Shown here: positions 1 through 11,891 of the stretch, in pieces
How the letters are laid out: the number at the start of each line of letters is the position of its first letter
Numbering within the stretch: the stretch's first letter is position 1
Source of the DNA: Coniocarpon cinnabarinum
Lineage: Eukaryota
DNA length: 42,438 bases
Assembly (NCBI GenBank): GCA_051942205.1
Contig: JAVECO010000189.1
Span: 1-42,438 of the forward strand
Reading direction: 5' to 3'
Position numbers and translations under genes: made by a program
Notes under the pieces: model-generated
Told to the model about the DNA's origin: nothing
The model's database searches: none
Seen by the model: only the letters and a program-made list of their open reading frames with translations

Positions 1-1311
1 TTAATAAGTTTATAGATTAATAGCTAGAAGTAGTAGTATAGTATTCTAGAATTCTTCTTTATTCTTTAATAAGAATAAATTATTAATTTCTTTAATTATC
101 TCTATTTATAGTATTAGATAATTTTTAATAGAAATATATTAATTCTAGTTAATACTACTAGTTTTTAAAATAGGTTCTAGTAAAGATAGTATAATAGTTT
201 TTATAGTTTTCTTAATTCTAGTATATTCTAGTATATTAAGTTATATTTTAGGAATATCTTTAATTTTATAATTTTAGAGTTCTTATAGTTCTTAATTAAA
301 GTTTTTAGTATTATTTAATTAGTATCTTTATTTTTAATAACTTTCTAGAAATTTCTATAAAAGTTACCTACTTAGTAATATTTTTTAGTAGTTATCTAAT
401 ATAGGTTTATATTATTATAATCTATAGACTTAAGAAAGAACTTCTTTAGCCTTTTTATTACCTTATAATTACTTATTTAGAAGGTATTATAAGAATAAGT
501 TATATTTATCTTTATTAAGAATATACTTTTTTTATACTTTAATATTTATTACTTTCTAATTATAGAGCTCTTCTTAGTAGATAACTATCTAAATATAGCT
601 TATTCTAGCTTATACTTATTATTAAAAAACTTTTTAGTATTAATCTTTTTTATTCTTTATAAGTAATTTAAAATAAGTATAAATAGAATCTTCTTTTATT
701 TTTAAAAAATTAAATTTATCTAATATTTTATTTAAGAGTATCTATAAAGATTAAGTAAAACCCTTTGAAAGTTCTTATTACTTAAAGTTAATAGGTTTAA
801 GTACTATAAGTATTAGTTTATTAATTTTTTTAAGTATAATTTACTAGGTTAGCAAGCTCTTAATTAAAAGGTATATTACTAATATTATATATACTATAAC
901 TTATAGTATTAAATAATTTGTTAGGTTAGCTCTTTTCTTTATACTTTATTAAGTTATAATTTTTTATAATATATTCTAGCTTACTATAGTATATATAAAG
1001 ATTATTTTAGTATTTATATTATTTTTTAGTATTTATAAGTTTTTTATATTACTTATATTTAGTAAGTATAGTAATATTAATTTTTATAAGTTCTATTTCT
1101 TAAGTATCTATCTTATATAATATATTTAGTTACTAAGTTTAAATTTCTTACTTTTCTCTTTTAAGCTCTAAAATATATAAATCTAAATTAATAGTAAACC
1201 TTCTAAGTACTATAAGTTCTTTAGGCTTATTCTAATAAGATAATTAGTTCTTAATTTTTTTATTAAGTCTATTATAGTAGTATATTATTAGTACTTTTTA
1301 GTTAAGGCTAG

Positions 1312-1331
1312 ATATATATATATATATATAT
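1312..1331. repeat. (AT)n microsatellite
   Basis: About 10 consecutive AT units. Confidence 0.7.
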
Positions 1332-2312
1332 TATATAAATTTGCCTATATATTATATAGCTAGTATATTACTTTACTTAAGTTACTAAATTTTAAACTAT
1401 ACTTTTTCTTTTAGTTTTAATTCTCTATATATTTTTTATAGTATTATTATAAAATATAGATAACTAGATATAATTACTTATATTTTCTATTTAGGTTTTA
1501 CTATCTTTATATTCTAAAGTATTAGTATAAACTAGCTAAGTAGTCTATTTTAAAGATAGGCTCTAGTAAAGAATACCTTAGCTTTATTATCTTTATACTT
1601 AGATAGGTTAATTATAAAGTTAAGTTTATATAAGGTAAGAAAAGTTTTAAGTAAAGTCTTATTATCTCTATAAGAGTTAACTTTAATAGTATTAAGTAAG
1701 ATAGTACTTAGTCAACCTATAAGTAGATAATACTATTTAATTTTACTTTTCTTAGTAATTAGTTATAAAGTAATTAGTTAACTTTCTATAGAAGCTAGAC
1801 TTATTAGTTATTAAGTAGAAAGTAGCCTACTAAGTTATTCTTTTTCTAAAGAACTATCTTAGAGTTCTAATAGAACCTTTAATTTAAAAGAGTTAGTTAT
1901 AAGATAAAGTAGTATATACCTTTAATTCTTATTTAGTATTATAAATAATTATTTAAAAGTATAACGCTTCTATAAAAAACCCTATTCTTATAATAGCTAA
2001 GAAAGACTAGAGTAGTTTTAAGAATAAGAACCTTTACTATAAAAAAATATAATAGAGAATAATATAAAAAGATAAGATAAGTAAAAAGCTAATAAAAAAG
2101 AGTAACTAGTATACTACTATAGTAAAGATTACTTTATTTAATAGTAGTAGTACTATCTAAGAAAGTAAGGTATACTATAAACTAGTAAGTAATTAGTTTA
2201 GTAATTTATAACTTATATATTAGGTTAATTTTAAATTTAAATAATATTAAACCTAAAAAAAGTAGGTTCTTTATTTAACTATATAGACTAGAGTATTAAT
2301 AAATATATTTTT

Positions 2313-2378
2313 AGGTTTAGAGGCTTTAGAGAGTTTAGAAGCCTAAAAGAGTTTAGAGCCTTTAGAGGTTCTAGAGGT
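2313..2378. repeat. Degenerate ~9/18-bp tandem repeat (tttagagg/gagtttaga-like)
   Basis: ggtttagaggctttagagagtttagaagcctaaaagagtttagagcctttagaggttctagagg. Confidence 0.55.
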
Positions 2379-5005
2379 AGTATATAATCTTATATAAGAG
2401 GTCTAAAAGGCGAATATATTAAAATGCGTCTTTCTTCTTTAGGGCTTTGTATATTAGCGTATAATATACGTAATTATATAACCTCTTGTCCTATATTAGG
2501 TATAGCGTAACAGTACCTTACTATAAGTATTTTATATTTTTATAATATTAATTACTACTATTCTATATACTAGTCTAATATTAAACTTTTTATTTTCTAT
2601 CTTATTTTTCTAGAGTTCTAAAAGCTACTAAGATTAGTATTATTATTTAAATAGTCTTACTATAGTATCTACTTATAAATTCTATATTATTATATATTAT
2701 AGAAGCGCTTTTTATAAGTAGACTAAAAGGTCTAATATAGGCTATAGATATTTATTAGATATAAAAAGTAAGAGTAATATATAATATCTTAGTATAGGAT
2801 ATAAAGAAGCCTTAGAAAAAGGTAAATAATATAGTAATATATATAGAATAGTATTAATATATAAACCTAGTAGTAGACTATATCTATTACCTAATATCTT
2901 ATACTATAGCGCCTTATACTATTCTCTAGCTACTTTATTAGATTATTATATTATAGGATACCTATTATATTACCCTATTCTTAAAACTTTATTATATTTT
3001 TATATATAATAGCTCTTCTTTAGTTTAAGCACCTTTTACTTTACTTGTAAAGCTCTTTCTTAGATATACTATCTTATTTAAAGTTTATTATTATTATAAA
3101 TATTTATACTAGTAAATAAAGATATAAATATATTATTATTTATTTTTAATTACTAAATTTATATCTCTTTAAATAATAAATATCTCTATAAACTTTATAA
3201 GATTCTATACTAATATTTAAAGGTTATCTAAAAGTACAATATTTATTATATTTACTTTTATTAAAAATTAGTCTATATTTTTTTAAGATAGAATACTAAG
3301 ATACTACAAAATAGCTAAGAGAGAAAATCTTTATTATAGTTTTTTTTTAGGATTATTATTTAGTATACTTAATAGTAAACCTATTTTTCTATCTATTACT
3401 AAGTATATAGTAGCTTTAAGCTACCTAAGTAGATCTATAAGGTAATATAGTAGTATCTCTAAAAGAAGAAAGATTTAGTATAAATAAAAAAAAATAAAGT
3501 AAATTCTAAATTTATTATAAGTTAATAAACTAAAGACTATTTATAAAAAAACATTATTAGTCTAACTATATAAATTAAAATATATATAAATATACTATTA
3601 GTAGCTACTCTTAATAAATAGCTACTAGTAAATAAAATAGCTACATAAATATATAGCTACTTATTAAATATTTTATATAGTAGATATATAGCTATTATCT
3701 AAGTTATTATATAAAATAGATATACTATTAATTTTAATATTCTAATTATATATTATAGTCTAGTCTACTTTTAGCTTCTTTAGATACTAGTATAAGACTA
3801 GATTATAATATAAAGTAATAGTATTAGATATATATTCTAGTAAAATCTTACTTTTTTTATATTATTTATACTAGAGTATTATCTTATTTTAATAACTTTT
3901 TTAAAGACTACTACTTAATATAAAAAATAACTTTATCTAGTAGCTATTATATAAAGTATAATATAATTTTTAAAATTAATTTTATAGTAAAAATATAAAT
4001 ATAATAAATAAGCTATTAAAATTTAAAAACTTTAAATATATATAATAATATTAATAATCTAATTACTATTTAAATATATAAAGCTATAATTTTTAAATAC
4101 TTAAATAAAGTTAATTTTATTATTTAATAAAATTTTTAAAAATATTTTTTTTGTCTTAGTTAAGATAATATTATTATAAGTACTAAAGATTACTATTAAT
4201 TTAATATAAAATAATATATTATAAAATTAACTTTATACTTTTTTTATTATTAGACTAGTAAATCTAAACTATAAATACTTCTACTTTTTTAATGAACTAT
4301 ATTTAATTATATTATATAAAGTATATATATACTTTTTATTAAATTTATACTACTACTATATAAAAGTATCTATATTAAACTTAATTAGTTTAAAAGATTT
4401 AGCTTATAAAATCTAATCTTCTCTAAGATAGCTTTTATTATTCTTAACTTTAGTCTAAAGAGCCTTTTATATAGGTTTATTAGCGTTAACACCTAGTATA
4501 GCTTTAACTATTGTACGCATCTTTGGATCGTGCCTATTAAGTAGAGCGGCTGCATTCCTGATCTGACTATAGCTTTTAGGGTTATTACGAAGCTCGGACC
4601 ATGCAAACCATACTTCGATGCACCTCCGTCCTCTGCTTACCTACCTATAGAGCAGGCCCTCAGCCTGGAAATTACGTTTGGCCCTTCGTTCTTGAAACGC
4701 TCCCGTTGTGGCCCCGCGTGCCGTTGCCCAGAAGTGATGAGACTGCCGAGGCTGGGCTTCAGCACAGCCCGTGCATGCTGACTCGCTTGGCTTACGGAGT
4801 ACTTAGTGGCAGTGTTTGCATCCAACGATGTAATTGCGGCCCGGTCAGCTGTGTATCTTTGGCCTGTTGTCTCACCGAGCTGCAAATCCACACACTCTCG
4901 TCTTGCGGAAAGCCTTCTCGAAGATAGAAGTCGTTCGACTCGAGAAGCTTTGAGATAGTTATCGCACATGCGTCGTACTCCCCCAAAGACCGAGCAGAAT
5001 TCTTC

Positions 5006-6589
5006 ATGCCCAGACCTCCTGATCAACCCAAGGTTTGCCACACTTGCAGAGATCGAAAACTCAAATGTGGTGCGCCTGTCCTTGTGCTGCGCCCTGTGCT
5101 TCGCCAACGTTGCTGATTGATCCATATAGATGGGACCAAGCCAAATTGTTTGCGATGCATCCGCGCACGAAAAGCGTGTCTAGGCTATGAACGGCCGCTC
5201 ATCTTCCGCATCGCCTGCCCCCAGCAAACGCCCCAGCGCCGCGTCCTCAGCCCACCAAACCCCAGCAAGGAGTTGGATTTGACAGCTTTCGGTGACCCCA
5301 TATGTTTCTCTTTCTTGTTGCAGAACTTTGTGTTGCGCAGCTACGGGGGTCCATGGCTTGAAAAAGCCGCAGCCGGCAAGTTAGGTTCTTTGCCGCAAGA
5401 AGCTGCATCTGCTTTTGCTCACATAGCGCTGGCTTGCAACTATCGCCATGCTCCTGAGGTTGGCGCTCATGCCTCAGCGCGGTATGGGAGCTCCATGAGG
5501 CACTTGCGCTCTCGTATTCAGTCATCCAGCACACCGACTCCTGAGACTTTTGTCGTGCCGATCATGCTCTTGATGATGTATACTGTGAGGCTCGAACATC
5601 TTTCCTTATCACAGAATCAAAGACTGACATTGTGACGAAAGACATCATCGTTGGACACGGCGGGAACTACCGCTCATCTCCAGGGTCTCATCCAGATACT
5701 CTCGGTATGCGGGCCGGAGGGTTTTCAAAGCGATACGAGCCTTGGTGCCTTTGAGTCATGCCGAGCAACTCTGATTACCCAGGCGCTCTTATGCCATCGC
5801 CGAATTTTTCTAGAACAGAAACCTTGGTGCACTCTTCCTTGGATGCGGAGTACTGCGGAACAAAGCGCACAGAGCCAACTCGTGAACATCTTGGTTTTGG
5901 TACCAGGCTTCTTGGAGGACATTGACGGATTGATGCTTTCTCATGATCCCCAAACACGTTGCAGCTTACGCTCTCGGGTGCGAGAGCAGTTAGATCGTGC
6001 CTTTCGATGGCGCTGGCAATGGCAGCACGAGAATGCTGCCACTGCCTGGGAAAAGCGAGAACCTCAACAGCAGCGAGATGACCTGGTTACTTTGCTGCGC
6101 AAGCCCTTGTGGTTTGATAGCTTGTGCCACGCAACTGAAATATCCCTCTACAACGCTGTACTGTTGTGGCTCCTAGCCCTGCTCTGGCGACTTGACCCAG
6201 AAGACAGGCTCGACCCCATTGTTGAATCAGCAAACCGCACACGCATCGTGGAGGTTCCTACGCAAGAAGAACTAGATCCGCTGCATCTTCCTGGTGCAGC
6301 TACCACGCTGGTGCCTGTAGCGGTGGAGATTGTCCGTGTTTTTGCGTTCCAGCTGCAGGCCTTCCGATCCACCTCAACTTTCTCGCCTTTCTTAATGATG
6401 CCCATCAGCCTCGCTTGGAGAGCCCTCGAGCCCATTGAGGAGGCTAGAGATATCGTCGAAAGCATGCTGGACTGCTCTGATGCCGTCCACGGATTTCTGA
6501 GTGGCAGTAATCTTGGTTCGAAAGGCAGTTCTGTTCCAAGAATGCCCTTGCTCAAACGGCAACGACTGCTCCAACTCACTCTCATCTGA
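5006..6589 (+). CDS. Zn(II)2Cys6 fungal transcription factor
   Basis: Exons 5006-5069, 5130-5584, 5642-6589. The spliced N-terminus MPRPPDQPKVCHTCRDRKLKCDGTKPNCLRCIRARKACLGY gives a complete C6 cluster. GT-AG introns with branch sites join ORFs 5117 and 5651 in frame. Confidence 0.9.
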
Positions 6590-6622
6590 GACTGTTGTAC
6601 CTCCATTTACTGATAGCCACTT

Positions 6623-6685
6623 GTGGACCTGAGCAGGTCGTTCTTCGGTGAATTTACATTCAGAGGTGGACCTGAGCAGGTCGTT
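6623..6685. repeat. Perfect 20-bp direct repeat with internal palindrome
   Basis: GTGGACCTGAGCAGGTCGTT at 6623-6642 and 6666-6685, each containing GACCTG-AG-CAGGTC. Confidence 0.9.
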
Positions 6686-7048
6686 AAGCCAATCCTGGGC
6701 CCCCCTAATCCTTTTCCACATGCTGCGGTTTAGAGGTGCAAGGGACATTGTAGAAGGATCTGCTCTCTTGAATGGTTAAACAACGCTAGTGATGATCACA
6801 AAAGCGAGCTACGCGATGAATGTGACGCATCAAAACAGGTTCCAACTTCGGACACTGTTCTTCTGGGCCTTCCAGACTAGCTAGAAAGAAGAGCTGTCGT
6901 CACGCTTGACACCAGAGGACACATTTCGATGCTCCAGCATCTCACGACTCTATATTTGTCAAGACCGACACAGACGCTGACAGGCGGCATACATTTCTTC
7001 GCGACGTAGTTGAAACGTTTGCGATGTGTTCTGGAGCTTCTTCCCGCT

Positions 7049-7080
7049 TCGGAGTCGCCCTCGGAGTCGCCCTTGGAGTT
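7049..7080 (+). promoter_or_regulatory. 12-bp tandem CGG-containing repeat upstream of the HAD gene; candidate Zn2Cys6 site
   Basis: TCGGAGTCGCCC x2 followed by TTGGAGTT, about 160-190 bp before ATG 7239. The repeat is seen directly; its function is inferred. Confidence 0.35.
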
Positions 7081-7238
7081 ATTGGCCCCCGCTTCATGAG
7101 GTACAGCGCGTGCAGGGTATAGAAAAGCTCAAAGGTCGCAGAGCGGTATTGCGATTTGGATTCGCTGGACATCTGCCACCCCACCGAGATCCAAATCTAC
7201 ACCCCAACTCTAGACGTCTGTCTGCGGACTTGATAGTC

Positions 7239-8188
7239 ATGAATATCACCAAGAACGATCACCCTGCAGTACGACAGCAACCTCTGAACTCCTACAAGCT
7301 TCTGTCCTTTGACATTTATGGTACTCTAGTCAACTGGGAAGAGACTGTTGGGACCCATGTCGCTGCATTGCAAGATTTCTTGCCGTCGTCGCATCCTTGG
7401 AAAATAGATGTGGCGGGACTCGTGCGGAAGTGGAGTAACGTTGAGGATGAGCTCAAGATAAACCATCCTCGCTTGCTGTATCATGAGCTCTTAGCAGAAT
7501 CCTACAAGTTATTAGCGAGACGAGAACTGCACATTGATGCGCAGTCTATCGATGACGCGGATCTGGACAGCCGCGCTGCTGCTTTTGGAAACAGCGTCAG
7601 GGATTGGAAGGCGTTCCCGGATACCGTCCCCGCGCTGAGGACTCTGAAGGCGATGGGTCTGAAGCTGGTGCCTTTGTCTAACATCACCAACGAAGCCTTT
7701 GCGAAGACAAACAGCGGAGCCCTCGACTCGTTCCCTTTCGATGCGGTGTTCACTGCTGAAGACATTGGCAGTTACAAGCCTGATCTGCACAACTTTGAGT
7801 ATCTCTTTGAGAAAGCTGATTCGTTGTTTGGAGTGAAGAAACAAGAGGTGCTACATGTGGCGCATGGACTCATGGAGGACCATGAGCCGGCAAAGAAGCT
7901 GGGTTTCCAGAGCGTCTGGATTGCTCGACCCGGCAGCGTGCGTGGTACCAGAGAGAACGCCGATGCAGGACTCGCGTCAGGCAGATGGGTAAGTTGCATA
8001 CTCCAAAGAATATCGATGCCCACTTTACAGGAAGAAAGCAATCGGTATACGCGGATGCTGCAGACCAGCCTTTCGTGCAATCGTCGTTGTGTTTGAGAGA
8101 AAACTAACCATGTCTCTAGGCCTACGGTTGGGAAGCGCCGACGCTAGGAGACCTTGCAGAAGCAATCAAGCAGTCAAAAGGCGAGTAG
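7239..8188 (+). CDS. HAD-superfamily hydrolase, 2-haloacid dehalogenase type II-like
   Basis: Motifs SFDIYGTLVNW, LSN, AEDIGSYKP, LHVAHGLMEDH..A..LG. Intron 7989-8119 (GTAAGT..CTAAC..TAG). Last exon AYGWEAPTLGDLAEAIKQSKGE*. Confidence 0.88.
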
Positions 8189-8230
8189 CCAAACTCGAAC
8201 CTGCTTTAGCTACACATGGACGGCAAGTCA

Positions 8231-9094
8231 TCACCACGCTTCGAACTCTCCGCTCAGCTCTATCGCAAACGTCAAGCTCTTGGGAGCAAAATCTTGCTGA
8301 TCTACTGTCTTTGGCCTTTTTTGAACTGAACCCATTTCGTCATGCATTGTGCTCTCGTCGCTGATAAGCTTGATGAAAGCCGCGGCTTCTTGTCTTTGAG
8401 CCTGCTCGTACACATTGGTCGCGCGAACATTGTCAAACCCTAACGGGGCTGCAAGAGCCTTTGCTTTGCTCATTAGCATTTCTGACGCATGCCTCTGACA
8501 GCTTGTAGCTGCCTTGGAGCGAGACATTTCCCTTAGCTTCCATTCCAGCGACTGGATTCTCAGGTTCGACATTTCTGTCAGCTCATTGACAACGAGACCA
8601 AGGGCATCAAAATCGCTGAAGTCGGCGGTAACATTCATACTTGCTTCGTAAAGCGGCTTTCCACCAAGTATCGTCTGGCGCTTTTCGTAGCTAGTAGCTT
8701 GAAGTGTGTCGATTCCGACGTGGATAATGGCCGGCTCCCGAGATTGCAGCTCTTGGGTGTCCGCTTGGCTTGAATTTGGCGACATTGAAGTGCTAAAGGG
8801 GGGCTGACTAATGGGATGCATCAGGCCTATGACTTCATCTTGTAAGGTCTTGAGATCAGATGCAACTTGGTCTCGACTTGTGCCTTCAACGTGCAGTTCC
8901 AAGGACAATATAACACGGTCCGCAGGAACACCAAGAGTATATTCACTTGATACCCGCATCTTTGACGTTATGAAACCAGCCCCAGAGATGGTGGTTAGCG
9001 AGGCAAAGGGCCAGGCATTCTGAATGTATAAGCTATAGAAGGAGATGCAGATTTGAAACCAATGGAGAATCACAGCGATTGATGGCAGTTCCAT
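8231..9094 (-). CDS. SIMPL/DUF541-family protein
   Basis: RVSSEYTLGVPADRVILSL, YEASMNVTADFSDFDALG..L, A..KAKALAAPLG and the C-terminal strand fit the SIMPL fold. The start is either ATG 8959 or ATG 9094 with an in-frame intron at about 8960-9073. Confidence 0.7.
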   Translation of the reverse strand: MELPSIAVILHWFQICISFYSLYIQNAWPFASLTTISGAGFITSKMRVSSEYTLGVPADRVILSLELHVEGTSRDQVASDLKTLQDEVIGLMHPISQPPFSTSMSPNSSQADTQELQSREPAIIHVGIDTLQATSYEKRQTILGGKPLYEASMNVTADFSDFDALGLVVNELTEMSNLRIQSLEWKLREMSRSKAATSCQRHASEMLMSKAKALAAPLGFDNVRATNVYEQAQRQEAAAFIKLISDESTMHDEMGSVQKRPKTVDQQDFAPKSLTFAIELSGEFEAW

Positions 9095-9421
9095 GTTTCG
9101 GCACTGGGTTTAGACGTAGGTGTTTTAGGGAGCTTCGGAGTCAAAGAAGTGGACTGACGCGGTGACGCTGTGTACTTGAAATAACCCAAGGGGCGACACT
9201 GGTGGGTAGTCATGCACGCTCCACAAAAGGGGAAACAGCTGCTGAGGTCCAGGCGTGCATCCTTTCAACAAGTGAGCGTTTCTACGCCGACCGAGTAGCG
9301 CTTTCTTGCATGTAATTTTGTATAGACAGTTTCCGATCCATTCGGCCCGAATTTGTTATCCGCATAGAACGCGCGCGGCCTCCTGAACCCTTTGAACATA
9401 TCGCTTATAAGTGGCATCAGC

Positions 9422-10169
9422 TCACAGCCATAGTCTTACAAGTGGATCTTCTGTGCCATTTACAGGGTCTGACATCGGCACGGGCACTGCGCGGGCAGCC
9501 GCCGTCTTGCGCACAGTCTCAGTGGAAGAATCTTTGCAAAACTTGTTGTCATATTGTGCGAGTGGGAAAAAGCCCAAGTATTCGAAATCACCTGAGTCAC
9601 CATTTAGCTGCGAGACATTTGTGGGTCATGGGCGAGGCTATCACCACGTAACAGGAGCACTCCCAATTGAAGACGCAAGTATTTCAGGTTAGAATGCAGA
9701 CTACGATACTCACCCGTGTCGTTCAAATTCGCATCAGCTACACCGGTTGGTTGTACAATGACCCCATGATCAGGATCGCCAAGGGGGACCAACACCCCAT
9801 CGAATTATAAACAAGCCACTGATGACTGCATACGACCGTATGCTATTGAGGCGTCAGATAGCTGACATTGCTGCCAAAGCTATATATATATAGAATAGCA
9901 GGATCAAAAGAACGTGATCGAAAGGAAGATGAGATTGAATGGATACTGGCTAGCCGATGATGTGTCTTGCAAATGTCGCCGTACGTCTTAAAGGTCCCAC
10001 CATAATACCACCCATGCGTAAGAGCCAGCTCAACAGCAGGGTGCTGATTGGAAGGGTTTGACTCCAGCAGCGCGGGTACGTCGCGATACACGAGGATCGG
10101 CAGATGCGAGTTCGGGGTGTTCGCTGTCGGCCCAGGAGCAGGGATAACTGCTCGATGCACAGTCGCCAT
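9422..10169 (-). pseudogene. YjlB-like cupin protein, apparently disrupted
   Basis: N-terminus PNSHLPILVYR..GWYYGGTF; middle YAVISG..WGVGP and VIVQPTGVA; after intron 9592-9713, GDFEYLGFFP..VPVPMSDPVNGTEDPLVRLWL*. The frame shifts at the G5 run (9783-9787) and no intact His metal motif could be assembled. Confidence 0.6.
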
Positions 10170-10856
10170 GGTGTCTTGAGATGTCCAGGGTATGAGTATT
10201 CAAGAATGAGGGACAGTCTATCGTAATCGGTACCTCGCCGCGGTCTAAAGCAATTGGCAGCTATTGACGTGCGCAGTGGTACCCAGCGGCTCATGAAGGG
10301 CAAACAAAGTTACTCAGCAGATACTAGTTGGATTCCTGCTACTTGGGTGACGTTCTCGCAGCTCGTCTAAAGCAGGACTGAGGCAATAATTGTGACCGGA
10401 AGACGTCACCGGAATCGAATGATACGAAAGAAATAGTTGAAATCCGATGAAGAGCAATCGTAGCAACCCAGGTACCTAGGTCTAGTAGCACACAGTAGAA
10501 CGTAGTATCGCAGTGACCGCCCCTACACCATGGCACAGGTAACATGAGGCGGCTACCCGAAAAGAAGCTAGTTTGAAGCTTTTTCGCTTCCAAAGTTCTC
10601 TGCGCGCTATAGAGCTACGCGTAGCTGTTGTCATTCCAATTGAGGACTCCCAGACTGCACCAAACCCATTCATTATCTCTCGATGACTACATTTTGAGCT
10701 TCCAACTGCGCTCTGCTGGCAGCGTCACTCCAATTCCCAACTTCAGCCCGCCCATTGGTTTCCTCGCTGGAAAGCTTTTGAACCAAGCGCCTCTGGAGCA
10801 TCGAAGTGGGAACGCAATTACCTTACTATTGACTTATACCTACTTCTACGACTTTG

Positions 10857-11891
10857 ATGGCGTCTCGTAGTCCGTCACCAGAGCGTGAGCGCGACCTCTC
10901 TCGCTCTCCTCCCGCTCGCTCTCGTTACGACTCCCGTTCTCCACGATATTCAAAGTCTCCTTCGCGATCCCCTCCTCCACCTTCGAGAGACGTCAATGGA
11001 CATCGAGACAATCAAAGTCGAGACAGAGCATATTCGCGTAGCCGCAGTCCATCACGTGGACGTGGTCGAAGCCTTTCCAGAAGCCCTCCCAGGCGATCCC
11101 CTGCGCGACGTAGCGCCAAAGTCGTCATCGAGAAGCTCACCAAAAACGTCAACGAGCACCATCTACGAGAGATATTTGGAGCATATGGCCGGGTTCGTGA
11201 AGTTGATTTGCCGATGAATAGACAGTGTGCGCAAACTCCCTAATGTACGGAAATGTTTAAATCCCAGCAAGCTAATTTGGAGACAGTCCTCACCAACCGC
11301 GGCACAGCATTCATTCTGTATGAAGAGATGGATGAAGCTGAAGCAGCTATTGCACACATGCACGAGGCGCAAGTTGACGGGGCGGTCATCAATGTGTCAA
11401 TTGTCCTTCCCCGGCGGAAGTTCTCACGCTCACCACCTCCCTCGCGGCGTCTGCAAGTGCATATGGATCGATACAACGACCGCGGCCCACCGTATCCTCG
11501 CGGTCCCCCACCAGCACCGGCACCAAGATACCGCTCCCCTCCTCGAAGACGCTACTCGCCGCCAAGAGGCGGCGGTAGAGGTGGGCGAGACGCTTTAGAT
11601 ACTTACAGGCCAAGATCATTCTCCCGTTCTCGATCAAGGTCACCGCGAAGGAGCTACTCGCCTGCACCCCGTCGTCGGAGCTACTCTCGATCTATCTCAT
11701 ACTCTCGGTCACCATCGCGCAGTCCCCCAAGGAGAGGAGGCTATCGACGGCGAGACAGTCCGCCAATGCCACCACCTCGTCGAGGAGGAGGGGGAGGAGG
11801 AAGACGAAGAAGTCCCAGTTACGAAAGTTACGGAAGCGACAGAGACAGATATCGCAGTCCCAGCAGAGATAGACAGCGCCGAAGGTACTAG
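10857..11891 (+). CDS. RNPS1: RNPS1/SR45-like RRM protein with RS/RP-rich flanks
   Basis: Intron 11227-11286 gives RRM KVVIEKLTKNVNEHHLREIFGAYG..DLPMNRQFLTNRGTAFILY..AIAHMHEAQVDG, flanked by SRSRSP repeats. Confidence 0.9.

Larger units (their letters stand above)
1..4500. repeat. AT-rich RIP-degraded repeat block (probable dead transposons)
   Basis: Very low GC. CA/TG nearly absent, CG rare, TA very abundant, and surviving C is mostly in CT/CC. No ORF in the supplied track. Grades into normal composition at about 4450-4600. Matches fungal RIP. Confidence 0.9.

Noticed and set aside
1..2300. gag/pol or transposase remnants in the left AT block
   Set aside because: Manual translation allowing for RIP changes gave no convincing motif; needs deRIP plus a profile search.
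4601..5125. ORFs 4601-4927 (+) and 4637-5125 (-)
   Set aside because: No recognisable motifs; they overlap the TF promoter and first exon.
6623..6685. CRISPR-like repeat-spacer-repeat
   Set aside because: Only two repeats, eukaryotic context and no cas genes; kept as a plain repeat.
7026..7238. N-terminal extension of the HAD ORF
   Set aside because: Begins at a non-ATG codon and runs through the promoter repeat; the first ATG is 7239.
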